From the human T2T-CHM13v2.0 reference genome, Homo sapiens: a stretch of DNA of 64,000 nt. Position numbers and translations under genes: made by a program. Positions 1-15,200 of the stretch are shown here, piece by piece; position 1 is the stretch's first letter; every line of letters starts with the position of its first letter. The notes under the pieces are model-generated. The model saw only the letters and a list, made by a program, of their open reading frames with translations, was not told where the DNA came from and did no database searches. Where the stretch lies: assembly GCF_009914755.1 (NCBI RefSeq), contig NC_060940.1. The stretch is one strand, 5' to 3'.

Positions 1-3000
1 GAGTCCAATTGATGATTCCATTCAATTCCATTCGATGATGATTCCGTACGATTCCATTCTGTGATGATTCCATGTGACTGCATTCAATGATGATTCCTTT
101 CGATTGCATTCGATTATGATTCATTTCGTGTTCATTCTATGGTTCCACAGGTTTCCATTCGTGTCCATTCCATTATTCCATTCTATTCCATTTGATGATG
201 ATTCCATTCGATTCCATTCATTGGTGATTCCACTCAATTCCATTCAATGATTCCATTCCATTTCTTTCAACAATGATTCCATTAGTTTCTAATCGATGAT
301 CCACTTGATTCCATTTGACGACGATTCCATTCTTGTCCATTCGATGATTCCATTTGATTCCATATGATGATGATTCCATTCGATTCCATACCATGATGAT
401 TCCATTCGAGTCCATTCAATGGTGATTCCATTCAATTCCATTCGATGATTCCTTTTGATTCCATTCGATGATGATGGCATTCGATTCCTTTCAATCATTC
501 CCTTTGATTCCATTCAAAGGTGATTTCATTCAAGTCCATTCGATAATTGCATTCGATTCCATTCTATGATGATTCCATTCGAGTCCATTTGATGATTCCA
601 TTCAATTCAAGTCAATGATGATTCCATTCGATTCCATTCGATGATTCCATTGGATTCCATTCGATGATGATTCCATTCAAATCCATTCGATAATTCAATT
701 CAAGTCCATTCGATGATGATTCCAATCGAATCCATTCAAAGATTCCATTCAGTTCCATTCGATGATTCCCTTAGATTCCATTCGATGATTCCACTTGATT
801 GCATTTACGATGATTCCATTCGATTCCATGTGATGATTCCATTCAATTCTATTCAATGATGTCTCCATTTGATTCCATTCGACCATGATTGCCTTTGATT
901 CCATTCAATGACTCCATTCGGTTCCGTTTGATGATGATTCCGTTCGATTCCATTTGATGATTCCATTTGATTCCATTGGATGAGTCCATTCGATTACATT
1001 CGATGATTATTCCATTCGAGTGCATTAGATGATTGCATTCGAGTCCATTCGATGATTCCATTCGATTCCATTCGATGTTGATTCTGTTCAAATCCATTCG
1101 ATGATTCCACTCGATTCCATTCGTTGACTCCATTTGATCCCATTCGATGATTTCCTTTGATTCCCTTTGATGATCATTCCATTTGATTCAATTCGGTGAT
1201 TTCATTTGATTCCATTCAGTGATGTTTCCATTCGACTCCATTCGATGATGATTCCATTCGACTCCATTCGATTATGATTTCATTCAATTCCATTCGATAA
1301 TGATTCCCTTCGAGTCCATTCGATGATTCCATTCGATTCCATTCAACGATGATTTGATTCGTGTCCATTCGATGATTCCATTTGATTCCACTTGATGATG
1401 ATTCCATTCGAGTCCATTTGATGATTCTATTCAATTCCATACTCCGATGATTTCTTTTGAGCCCACTCAATGCTTCCACTCGATTCCATATGATGATGAC
1501 TCCATTCGATGAAATTCGATGATTATTCCATTCGCTTGCTTTCGATGATTCCACTTGAGTCCGTTAGAAGATTCTATTCAATTACATTCCATGACGATTC
1601 CGTTCGAGTCCATTTGATGATTCCATTAGACTCCATTCGACGATGATTCCATTCGATGTTATTCGATGATTCCATTCGATCTCATTCGATGATGATTCTA
1701 TGCAACTCCATTCTATGTTTCCATTCGAGTTCATTCTATTATTCCATTAGATTCCATTCGATGATGATTCCATTCGATTCCATTTGATGATTGCATTCTA
1801 TTTCATTTGATGATGATTCCATTCGAGTCCACTCGATGATTCCATTCGAGTCCATTTAATGAATCCATTGGTTTCAATTCTATGATGATTACATTGGATT
1901 CCATTCCTTGATGATTTCATTCGGTTCCATTCAATGATGATTCCATTCAATTCCTTTCAATGTTTCGATTCAATTCCATACGATGATGATTCCATTTGAT
2001 TTGATTCGACAGTGAGCCATTCGATTCAATTGCATGATGATTCTATTTGATTCAATTGGTTGACATTTCCATTCGATTCCATTCGATGATGATTCCCTTT
2101 GATTCCATTCAAGGATGATTCCATTCTAGCCCATTCAATCATTCCATTCGATTCTATTCAATGATGATTCCATTCATGTCGATTTGGTGATTCCATTTGA
2201 CTTCATTTGATGATGATTCCTTTCAAGTTCATTAGATGATTCCATTCGATTCCATTTGATGATGATCCCATTCGAGTCCATTCAGTGATTCCATTCGTTT
2301 CCATTCCATGATGATTCCATTCCTTTCCATTCAATGATTCCATTCAATACCGTTTGATGATGATTTCATTCGAGTACATTTGATGATTCCATTTGATTCC
2401 ATTCGATGATGATTCCATTCGAGTCCATTCGATGATTCTATTCGAATCCATTTGATGATTTCTTTTGATTGTATTTGGTGATGATTCCATTGGAGTCCAT
2501 TCAATGATTCCATTCTATTCCAATCGATGATGATTCCATTAGAGTCCATTTAATGTTTCCAATTGATTCCAGTCTCTGATGATTACATTCGAGTCCATAC
2601 GATGATTCCACTCAATTCCATATGATGATGATTCCATTTGATTCCATTCGGTGATTCCATTCTATTCTATTCAATGGTGATTCCATTCGAGTACATTAGA
2701 TGATTCCATTCGATTCCATTCAATGATGATTCTATTTGTGTCCCTTAGATGATTCCACATGATTCCATTAGATGATGATACTATTTGAGCCCATCCAATG
2801 ATTCCCTTCGATTCCATTCGATGAGGATTCCATTCGATTCAATTCATTGGTGATTCTATTCAATTCAATTCTTTGATTCCATTCCATTCCATTCGACAAT
2901 GATTCCATTCGATTTCTTTCGATGATTCCACTCGATTCCACTTGACATTGATTCCATTCGATTCCATTCAATGATTCCATTTGATTCCAGTGGATGATGA

Positions 3001-6000
3001 TTGCCATCGATTCCATTCGATCACTCCATTCTATTCCATTTGATGATGATTACATTCGATTCCATTTGATGATTCCATCTGATTCTATTCGAGGATTCCA
3101 TTTGATTCCATTCGATGATGATTCCATTCGAGTCCATTCGATGATTTCATTCGAGTACATCCAATGATTCCATTCGAGTCCATTAGATGATTCCTTTTGA
3201 TTCCATTTGAAAATGATTCTACTAGAGTCCATTCAATGACTCCATTCGAGTCCATTCAACAATTCCATTCGACTCCATTCGATGATTCCATTCGATTCCA
3301 TTTGATGGTTCCATTCGAGTCCATTTAATCATTACAGTCGAGTCCATTTGGTGATTCCACTGGATTTCTTTTGATAATGATACCATTCAATTACATTTGA
3401 TGATGATCCCATTCAATTTCATTTGATGATGATTCCATTAGAGTCCATTCGATGATTTCATTCGAGTCCCTTCATTGATTCCATCCGATTTCATTGGATG
3501 ATGACTCCATTCGAGTCCATTCGATGATTCCACTCGATTCCATTAGATGATTCCATTGGAGTCCATTTGATTGTTCCATCCGATTCCATTCGATTCCTTT
3601 CGAAGATTATTCCATTTGAGTCCATTCGATGATGATTCCATTCCATTCCATTCGATGATTCCGTTTGATTCCATTCGATGATTCCCTTCGATTCCTTTCT
3701 TTGATGATTCCATTCCATTCCATTCAATGATTCCATTCGAATCTATTCCATGATGATTCCTTTCGATTCCATTCGCTGATGTTTCCGTTCAATTCCATTC
3801 GATGATGATTCCGTTCGATTCCATTCATTGAGGATTCCATTTGATTCCATTCAATGATGATTCCATTCTATTCCATTCAATGATTGCATTCAATTCCATT
3901 CAATGATTATCCCATTAGAGTAAACTCAATGATTCCATTCAATACCATTCGATGATGATTCCTTTTGAGTCCATTCAATGATTTCATTCAAGTCCATTTG
4001 ATGATTCCTTTCAATTCCATTCTATGATGATTCCATTCGAGTCCATTCGATGATTCCATTCGATTGCATTCGATGATTCCATTATATTCCATTCAACGGT
4101 GATTCCATTCGAGTCCATTCGATGATTCCATTAGAGTACATTTAATGATTGCTTTGTTTTCAATTCGAAGATGATTACATTGGATTCCATTCTATGATAC
4201 CATTCGATTCCATTCAATGATGATTCCACTCAAATCCATTGGATGATTCCATTCGTGTCCATTCGGTGATTTCATTAGATTCCATTCGAGGATGATTCCA
4301 TTCGATTCCATTCGATGATTCCATTCAATTCCATTCGATGATGATTCCATTCCAGTCCATATGATCATTCCATTTGATTTCATTTGATGATGATTCCATT
4401 CGATTCCATTCGACGATTCCATTCTATTCCATTCGATGATGATTCCATTCGAGTCCATTCGATCATTCCATTCGAGTCCATTTAATGATTCCATTGGGTT
4501 CAATTCAATGATGATTACATTGGATTCCGTTCTATGATTCCATTCAATTCCGTTCATTGACAATTTGATTCCATTCGATGATGATTCCATTTGAGTTCAT
4601 TCGATGATTCTATTCGATTCTCTTCGATGGTGATTCAATTCTATTATATTGGATGATTCCATTCGATTCCATTTGATGTTGATTCAATTCGATTCTATTC
4701 GATGATGATTCCATTGGATTTCACTTGATGATTCTATTCGATTCCATTCAATGATGATTCACTTCTCGTCCATTGGATGATTCCATTTCATTCCATTCGA
4801 TGATGATTCCATTCGATTCCATTCGATGATTCCATTTGATTCCATGCGACGGTGAGCAATTTGATTCAATTCCATGATGATTCTATTTGATTCAATTAGA
4901 TGATGTTTCCATTCGAATCCATTCCATGATTATTCCATTGGAATCCATTCGGCGATGATTCCATATGAGTCAATTCAATGATGATTCCATATGGGTCCGT
5001 TCGATGATAATTCCATTTGATTTCATTCGATGCTTCTATTCTATTCCAGTCGATGATGATTCCGTTGGAGTCCATACGATGATTCCATTTGATTTCATTT
5101 GATGATGATTCCATTCGATGATGATTACATTGGATTCCATTCTATGATTCCATTCAATTCCATTCGTTGATGATTCGATTCCATTCAATGATGATTCCAT
5201 TTGAGTTCATTCGATGATTCTATTCGATTCCGTTCGATGGTGATTCAATTCTCTTATATTGGATGATTCCACTCGATTCCATTTGATGATTATTCCATTG
5301 GAGTCCACTTAGTGAATCCTTTGGATTCTACTCGACGATGATTCCATTCGAGTCCATTCGATGATACCATTCAATTCCATTCGTTGATGCTTCCATTCAA
5401 GTGCATTCGATGATATCATTCGATTCCATTTGATGATAATTCCATTTGATTCCATGCGATGATTCTATTCGATTCCATTCAATGATAATTCCATTCAATT
5501 CAGTGATTCCTCTGGACTCCATTTGATGATGATTCCATTCAATGATTCCATTCGATTCTATTCGAAAATGATTCCATTTGAATCCATTTGATGATGATTC
5601 CATTAGATTCCATTTGATGATTCCATTCGATTCCATTCGACGATGATTCCATTCGATTCCGTTTGATGATTCCATTCTATTCTATTCGATGATGATTCCA
5701 TTCGATTCCATTCGATGATGATTGGATTCGATTCCATTTGATGATTTCATTTGATTCCATTCGTTAAGGATTTCGATCAATTCCATTCGATGATTCCATT
5801 CGATTCCAGTGGATAATGATTACATCCGAGTCCATTCGATGATTCCATTTGAGCCTGTTCGATAATTCCATTTGAGTCCAACCAATGATTCCATTCATTT
5901 CCATTCAATGATTCCATTTGAGTCCATTTGATCATTCCAGTAGGGTCCATTCGATGTTGATTCCATTGGAGTGCATTCGATGATTCCATTCGAGTCCATT

Positions 6001-6109
6001 TTAGGATTTGATTCGAGTCCTTTCGATGATTCCATTCGATTCCACTCGATGATGATTTCATTTGAGTCCATTCGACACTTCCAATCGATTCCATTTGATG
6101 ATTCCATTC
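1..6109 (+). repeat. Higher-order unit U1, 6109 bp, subtype A (start phase arbitrary)
   Basis: Anchor GAGTCCAATTGATG at 1 and again at 6110; short allele GCTTTCGATGATTCCACTTG at ~1538. Confidence 0.93.
4511..5290 (+). repeat. Internal diverged direct repeat within the unit: ~4511-4680 vs ~5121-5290 (offset 610 bp), recurring in the other units
   Basis: Shared rare strings ATGATTACATTGGATTCC, CATTTGAGTTCATTCGATGATTCTATTCG and GATGGTGATTCAATTCT(A/C)TTATATTGGATG, collinear at exactly +610. Confidence 0.85.
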
Positions 6110-9100
6110 GAGTCCAATTGATGATTCCATTCAATTCCATTCGATGATGATTCCGTACGATTCCATTCTGTGATGATTCCATGTGATTGCATTCAATGAT
6201 GATTCCTTTCGATTGCATTCGATTATGATTCATTTCGTGTTCATTCTATGGTTCCACAGGTTTCCATTCCTGTCCATTCCATTATTCCATTCTATTCCAT
6301 TTGATGATGATTCCATTCGATTCCATTCATTGGTGATTCCACTCAATTCCATTCAATGATTCCATTCCATTTCTTTCAACAATGATTCCATTAGTTTCTA
6401 ATCGATGATCCACTTGATTCCATTTGACGACGATTCCATTCTTGTCCATTCGATGATTCCATTTGATTCCATATGATGATGATTCCATTCGATTCCATAC
6501 CATGATGATTCCATTCGAGTCCATTCAATGGTGATTCCATTCAATTCCATTCGATGATTCCTTTCGATTCCATTCGATGATGATGGCATTCGATTCCTTT
6601 CAATCATTCCCTTTGATTCCATTCAAAGGTGATTTCATTCAAGTCCATTCGATAATTGCATTCGATTCCATTCTATGATGATTCCATTCGAGTCCATTTG
6701 ATGATTCCATTCAATTCAAGTCAATGATGATTCCATTCGATTCCATTCGATGATTCCATTGGATTCCATTCGATGATGATTCCATTCAAATCCATTCGAT
6801 AATTCAATTCAAGTCCATTTGATGATGATTCCAATCGAATCCATTCAAAGATTCCATTCAGTTCCATTCGATGATTCCCTTAGATTCCATTCGATGATTC
6901 CACTTGATTGCATTTACGATGATTCCATTCGATTCCATGTGATGATTCCATTCAATTCTATTCAATGATGTCTCCATTTTATTCCATTCGACCATGATTG
7001 CCTTTGATTCCATTCAATGATTCCATTCGGTTCCGTTTGATGATGATTTCATTCGATTCCATTTGATGATTCCATTTGATTCCATTGGATGAGTCCATTC
7101 GATTACATTCGATGATTATTCCATTCGAGTGCATTAGATGATTCCATTCGAGTCCATTCGATGATTCCATTCGATTCCATTCGATGTTGATTCTGTTCAA
7201 ATCCATTCGATGATTCCACTCGATTCCATTCGTTGACTCCATTTGATCCCATTCGATGATTTCCTTTGATTCCCTTTGATGATCATTCCATTTGATTCAA
7301 TTCGGTGATTTCATTTGATTCCATTCAGTGATGTTTCCATTCGACTCCATTCGATGATGATTCCATTCGACTCCATTCGATTATGATTTCATTCAATTCC
7401 ATTCGATAATGATTCCCTTCGAGTCCATTCGATGATTCCATTCGATTCCATTCAACGATGATTTGATTCGTGTCCATTCGATGATTCCATTTGATTCCAC
7501 TTGATGATGATTCCATTCGAGTCCATTTGATGATTCTATTCAATTCCATACTCCGATGATTTCTTTTGAGCCCACTCAATGCTTCCACTCGATTCCATAT
7601 GATGATGACTCCATTCGATGAAATTCGATGATTATTCCATTCGCTTGCTTTCGATGATTCCACTTGAGTCCGTTAGAAGATTCTATTCAATTACATTCCA
7701 TGACGATTCCGTTCGAGTCCATTTGATGATTCCATTAGACTCCATTCGACGATGATTCCATTCGATGTTATTCGATGATTCCATTCGATCTCATTCGATG
7801 ATGATTCCATTCAACTCCATTCGATGTTTCCATTCGAGTTCATTCTATTATTCCATTAGATTCCATTCGATGATGATTCCATTCGATTCCATTTGATGAT
7901 TGCATTCTATTTCATTTGATGATGATTCCATTCGAGTCCACTCGATGATTCCATTCGAGTCCATTTAATGAATCCATTGGTTTCAATTCTATGATGATTA
8001 CATTGGATTCCATTCGTTGATGATTTCATTCGGTTCCATTCAATGATGATTCCATTCAATTCCTTTCAATGTTTCGATTCAATTCCATACGATGATGATT
8101 CCATTTGATTTGATTCGACAGTGAGCCATTCGATTCAATTGCATGATGATTCTATTTGATTCAATTGGTTGACATTTCCATTCGATTCCATTCGATGATG
8201 ATTCCCTTTGATTCCATTCAAAGATGATTCCATTCTAGCCCATTCAATCATTCCATTCGATTCTATTCAATGATGTTTCCATTCATGTCGATTTGGTGAT
8301 TCCATTTGACTTCATTTGATGATGATTCCTTTCAAGTTCATTAGATGATTCCATTCGATTCCATTTGATGATGATCCCATTCGAGTCCATTCAGTGATTC
8401 CATTCGTTTCCATTCCATGATGATTCCATTCCTTTCCATTCAATGATTCCATTCAATTCCGTTTGATGATGATTTCATTCGAGTACATTTGATGATTCCA
8501 TTTGATTCCATTCGATGATGATTCCATTCGACTCCATTCGATGATTCTATTCGAATCCATTTGATGATTTCTTTTGATTATATTTGGTGATGATTCCATT
8601 GGAGTCCATTCAATGATTCCATTCTATTCCAATCGATGATGATTCCATTAGAGTCCATTTAATGTTTCCAATTGATTCCAGTCTCTGATGATTACATTCG
8701 AGTCCATACGATGATTCCACTCAATTCCATATGATGATGATTCCATTTGATTCCATTCGGTGATTCCATTCTATTCTATTCAATGGTGATTCCATTCGAG
8801 TACATTAGATGATTCCATTCGATTCCATTCAATGATGATTCTATTTGTGTCCCTTAGATGATTCCACATGATTCCATTAGATGATGATACTATTTGAGCC
8901 CATCCAATGATTCCCTTCGATTCCATTCGATGAGGATTCCATTCGATTCAATTCATTGGTGATTCTATTCAATTCAATTCTTTGATTCCATTCCATTCCA
9001 TTCGACAATGATTCCATTCGATTTCTTTCGATGATTCCACTCGATTCCACTTGACATTGATTCCATTCGATTCCATTCAATGATTCCATTTGATTCCAGT

Positions 9101-12100
9101 GGATGATGATTGCCATCGATTCCATTCGATCACTCCATTCTATTCCATTTGATGATGATTACATTCGATTCCATTTGATGATTCCATCTGATTCTATTCG
9201 AGGATTCCATTTGATTCCATTCGATGATGATTCCATTCGAGTCCATTCGATGATTTCATTCGAGTACATCCAATGATTCCATTCGAGTCCATTAGATGAT
9301 TCCATTTGATTCCATTTGAAAATGATTCTACTAGAGTCCATTCAATGACTCCATTCGAGTCCATTCAACAATTCCATTCGACTCCATTCGATGATTCCAT
9401 TCGATTCCATTTGATGGTTCCATTCGAGTCCATTTAATCATTACAGTCGAGTCCATTTGTTGATTCCACTGGATTTCTTTTGATAATGATACCATTCAAT
9501 TACATTTGATGATGATCCCATTCAATTTCATTTGATGATGATTCCATTAGAGTCCATTCGATGATTTCATTCGAGTCCCTTCATTGATTCCATCCGATTT
9601 CATTGGATGATGACTCCATTCGAGTCCATTTGATGATTCCACTCGATTCCATTAGATGATTCCATTGGAGTCCATTTGATTGTTCCATTCGATTCCATTC
9701 GATTCCTTTCGAAGATTATTCCATTTGAGTCCATTCGATGATGATTCCATTCCATTCCATTCGATGATTCCGTTTGATTCCATTCGATGATTCCCTTCGA
9801 TTCCTTTCTTTGATGATTCCATTCCATTCCATTCAATGATTCCATTCGAATCTATTCCATGATGATTCCTTTCGATTCCATTCGCTGATGTTTCCGTTCA
9901 ATTCCATTCGATGATGATTCCGTTCGATTCCATTCATTGAGGATTCCATTTGATTCCATTCAATGATGATTCCATTCTATTCCATTCAATGATTGCATTC
10001 AATTCCATTCAATGATTATCCCATTAGAGTAAACTCAACGATTCCATTCAATACCATTCGATGATGATTCCTTTTGAGTCCATTCAATGATTTCATTCAA
10101 GTCCATTTGATGATTCCTTTCAATTCCATTCTATGATGATTCCATTCGAGTCCATTCGATGATTCCATTCGATTGCATTCGATGATTCCATTATATTCCA
10201 TTCAACGGTGATTCCATTCGAGTCCATTCGATGATTCCATTAGAGTACATTTAATGATTGCTTTGTTTTCAATTCGAAGATGATTACATTGGATTCCATT
10301 CTATGATACCATTCGATTCCATTCAATGATGATTCCACTCAAATCAATTGGATGATTCCATTCTTGTCCATTCGGTGATTTCATTAGATTCCATTCGAGG
10401 ATGATTCCATTCGATTCCATTCGATGATTCCATTCAATTCCATTCGATGATGATTCCATTCCAGTCCATATGATCATTCCATTTGATTTCATTTGATGAT
10501 GATTCCATTCGATTCCATTCGACGATTCCATTCTATTCCATTCGATGATGATTCCATTCGAGTCCATTCGATCATTCCATTCGAGTCCATTTAATGATTC
10601 CATTGGGTTCAATTCAATGATGATTACATTGGATTCCGTTCTATGATTCCATTCAATTCCGTTCATTGACAATTTGATTCCATTCGATGATGATTCCATT
10701 TGAGTTCATTCGATGATTCTATTCGATTCTCTTCGATGGTGATTCAATTCTATTATATTGGATGATTCCTTTCGATTCCATTTGATGTTGATTCAATTCG
10801 ATTCTATTCGATGATGATTCCATTGGATTTCACTTGATGATTCTATTCGATTCCATTCAATGATGATTCACTTCTCGTCCATTGGATGATTCCATTTCAT
10901 TCCATTCGATGATGATTCCATTCGATTCCATTCGATGATTCCATTTGATTCCATGCGACGGTGAGCAATTCGATTCAATTCCATGATGATTCTATTTGAT
11001 TCAATTAGATGATGTTTCCATTCGAATCCATTCCATGATTATTCCATTGGAATCCATTCGGCGATGATTCCATATGAGTCAATTCAATGATGATTCCATA
11101 TGGGTCCGTTCGATGATAATTCCATTTGATTTCATTCGATGCTTCTATTCTATTCCAGTCGATGATGATTCCGTTGGAGTCCATACGATGATTCCATTTG
11201 ATTTCATTTGATGATGATTCCATTCGATGATGATTACATTGGATTCCATTCTATGATTCCATTCAATTCCATTCGTTGATGATTCGATTCCATTCAATGA
11301 TGATTCCATTTGAGTTCATTCGATGATTCTATTCGATTCCGTTCGATGGTGATTCAATTCTATTATATTGGATGATTCCACTCGATTCCATTTGATGATT
11401 ATTCCATTGGAGTCCACTTAGTGAATCCTTTAGATTCTACTCGACGATGATTCCATTCGAGTCCATTCGATGATACCATTCAATTCCATTCGTTGATGCT
11501 TCCATTCAAGTGCATTCGATGATATCATTCGATTCCATTTGATGATAATTCCATTTGATTCCATGCGATGATTCTATTCGATTCCATTCAATGATAATTC
11601 CATTCAATTCAGTGATTCCTCTGGACTCCATTTGATGATGATTCCATTCAATGATTCCATTCGATTCTATTCGAAAATGATTCCATTTGAATCCATTTGA
11701 TGATGATTCCATTAGATTCCATTTGATGATTCCATTCGATTCCATTCGACGATGATTCCATTCGATTCCGTTTGATGATTCCATTCTATTCTATTCGATG
11801 ATGATTCCATTCGATTCCATTCGATGATGATTGGATTCGATTCCATTTGATGATTTCATTTGATTCCATTCGTTAATGATTTCGATCAATTCCATTCGAT
11901 GATTCCATTCGATTCCATTCGATAATGATTACATCCGAGTCCATTCGATGATTCCATTGGAGCCTGTTCGATAATTCCATTTGAGTCCAACCAATGATTC
12001 CACTCATTTCCATTCAATGATTCCATTCGAGTCCATTTGATCATTCCGGTAGGGTCCATTCGATGTTGATTCCATTGGAGTGCATTCGATGATTCCATTC

Positions 12101-12218
12101 GAGTCCATTTTAGGATTTGATTCGAGTCCTTTCGATGATTCCATTCGATTCCACTCGATGATGATTTCATTCGAGTCCATTCGACACTTCCAATCGATTC
12201 CATTTGATGATTCCATTC
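6110..12218 (+). repeat. Higher-order unit U2, 6109 bp, subtype A
   Basis: Anchors at 6110 and 12219; ORF track repeats at +6109. Confidence 0.93.
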
Positions 12219-15200
12219 GAGTCCAATTGATGATTCCATTCAATTCCATTCGATGATGATTCCGTACGATTCCATTCTGTGATGATTCCATGTGATTGCA
12301 TTCAATGATGATTCCTTTCGATTGCATTCGATTATGATTCATTTCGTGTTCATTCTATGGTTCCACAGGTTTCCATTCGTGTCCATTCCATTATTCCATT
12401 CTATTCCATTTGATGATGATTCCATTCGATTCCATTCATTGGTGATTCCACTCAATTCCATTCAATGATTCCATTCCATTTCTTTCAACAATGATTCCAT
12501 TAGTTTCTAATCGATGATCCACTTGATTCCATTTGACGACGATTCCATTCTTGTCCATTCGATGATTCCATTTGATTCCATATGATGATGATTCCATTCG
12601 ATTCCATACCATGATGATTCCATTCGAGTCCATTCAATGGTGATTCCATTCAATTCCATTCGATGATTCCTTTTGATTCCATTCGATGATGATGGCATTC
12701 GATTCCTTTCAATCATTCCCTTTGATTCCATTCAAAGGTGATTTCATTCAAGTCCATTCGATAATTGCATTCGATTCCATTCTATGATGATTCCATTCGA
12801 GTCCATTTGATGATTCCATTCAATTCAAGTCAATGATGATTCCATTCGATTCCATTCGATGATTCCATTGGATTCCATTCGATGATGATTCCATTCAAAT
12901 CCATTCGATAATTCAATTCAAGTCCATTCGATGATGATTCCAATCGAATCCATTCAAAGATTCCATTCAGTTCCATTCGATGATTCCCTTAGATTCCATT
13001 CGATGATTCCACTTGATTGCATTTACGATGATTCCATTCGATTCCATGTGATGATTCCATTCAATTCTATTCAATGATGTCTCCATTTGATTCCATTCGA
13101 CCATGATTGCCTTTGATTCCATTCAATGATTCCATTCGGTTCCGTTTGATGATGATTCCGTTCGATTCCATTTGATGATTCCATTTGATTCCATTGGATG
13201 AGTCCATTCGATTACATTCGATGATTATTCCATTCGAGTGCATTAGATGATTCCATTCGAGTCCATTCGATGATTCCATTCGATTCCATTCGATGTTGAT
13301 TCTGTTCAAATCCATTCGATGATTCCACTCGATTCCATTCGTTGACTCCATTTGATCCCATTCGATGATTTCCTTTGATTCCCTTTGATGATCATTCCAT
13401 TTGATTCAATTCGGTGATTTCATTTGATTCCATTCAGTGATGTTTCCATTCGACTCCATTCGATGATGATTCCATTCGACTCCATTCGATTATGATTTCA
13501 TTCAATTCCATTCGATAATGATTCCCTTCGAGTCCATTCGATGATTCCATTCGATTCCATTCAACGATGATTTGATTCGTGTCCATTCGATGATTCCATT
13601 TGATTCCACTTGATGATGATTCCATTCGAGTCCATTTGATGATTCTATTCAATTCCATACTCCGATGATTTCTTTTGAGCCCACTCAATGCTTCCACTCG
13701 ATTCCATATGATGATGACTCCATTCGATGAAATTCGATGATTATTCCATTCGCTTGCTTTCGATGATTCCACTTGAGTCCGTTAGAAGATTCTATTCAAT
13801 TACATTCCATGACGATTCCGTTCGAGTCCATTTGATGATTCCATTAGACTCCATTCGACGATGATTCCATTCGATGTTATTCGATGATTCCATTCGATCT
13901 CATTCGATGATGATTCCATTCAACTCCATTCGATGTTTCCATTCGAGTTCATTCTATTATTCCATTAGATTCCATTCGATGATGATTCCATTCGATTCCA
14001 TTTGATGATTGCATTCTATTTCATTTGATGATGATTCCATTCGAGTCCACTCGATGATTCCATTCGAGTCCATTTAATGAATCCATTGGTTTCAATTCTA
14101 TGATGATTACATTGGATTCCATTCGTTGATGATTTCATTCGGTTCCATTCAATGATGATTCCATTCAATTCCTTTCAATGTTTCCATTCAATTCCATACG
14201 ATGATGATTCCATTTGATTTGATTCGACAGTGAGCCATTCGATTCAATTGCATGATGATTCTATTTGATTCAATTGGTTGACATTTCCATTCGATTCCAT
14301 TCGATGATGATTCCCTTTGATTCCATTCAAAGATGATTCCATTCTAGCCCATTCAATCATTCCATTCGATTCTATTCAATGATGATTCCATTCATGTCGA
14401 TTTGGTGATTCCATTTGACTTCATTTGATGATGATTCCTTTCAAGTTCATTAGATGATTCCATTCGATTCCATTTGATGATGATCCCATTCGAGTCCATT
14501 CAGTGATTCCATTCGTTTCCATTCCATGATGATTCCATTCCTTTCCATTCAATGATTCCATTCAATTCCGTTTGATGATGATTTCATTCGAGTACATTTG
14601 ATGATTCCATTTGATTCCATTCGATGATGATTCCATTCGAGTCCATTCGATGATTCTATTCGAATCCATTTGATGATTTCTTTTGATTATATTTGGTGAT
14701 GATTCCATTGGAGTCCATTCAATGATTCCATTCTATTCCAATCGATGATGATTCCATTAGAGTCCATTTAATGTTTCCAATTGATTCCAGTCTCTGATGA
14801 TTACATTCGAGTCCATACGATGATTCCACTCAATTCCATATGATGATGATTCCATTTGATTCCATTCGGTGATTCCATTCTATTCTATTCAATGGTGATT
14901 CCATTCGAGTACATTAGATGATTCCATTCGATTCCATTCAATGATGATTCTATTTGTGTCCCTTAGATGATTCCACATGATTCCATTAGATGATGATACT
15001 ATTTGAGCCCATCCAATGATTCCCTTCGATTCCATTCGATGAGGATTCCATTCGATTCAATTCATTGGTGATTCTATTCAATTCAATTCTTTGATTCCAT
15101 TCCATTCCATTCGACAATGATTCCATTCGATTTCTTTCGATGATTCCACTCGATTCCACTTGACATTGATTCCATTCGATTCCATTCAATGATTCCATTT

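Noticed and set aside
2131-3335. DUX4-like half matches (CATTCAATCA at ~2132, CATTTAATCA at ~3322) and TEAD-like CATTCC motifs
   Set aside because: They lack the full TAA-containing DUX4 consensus, and such short motifs are expected in this satellite; binding cannot be supported from sequence alone.
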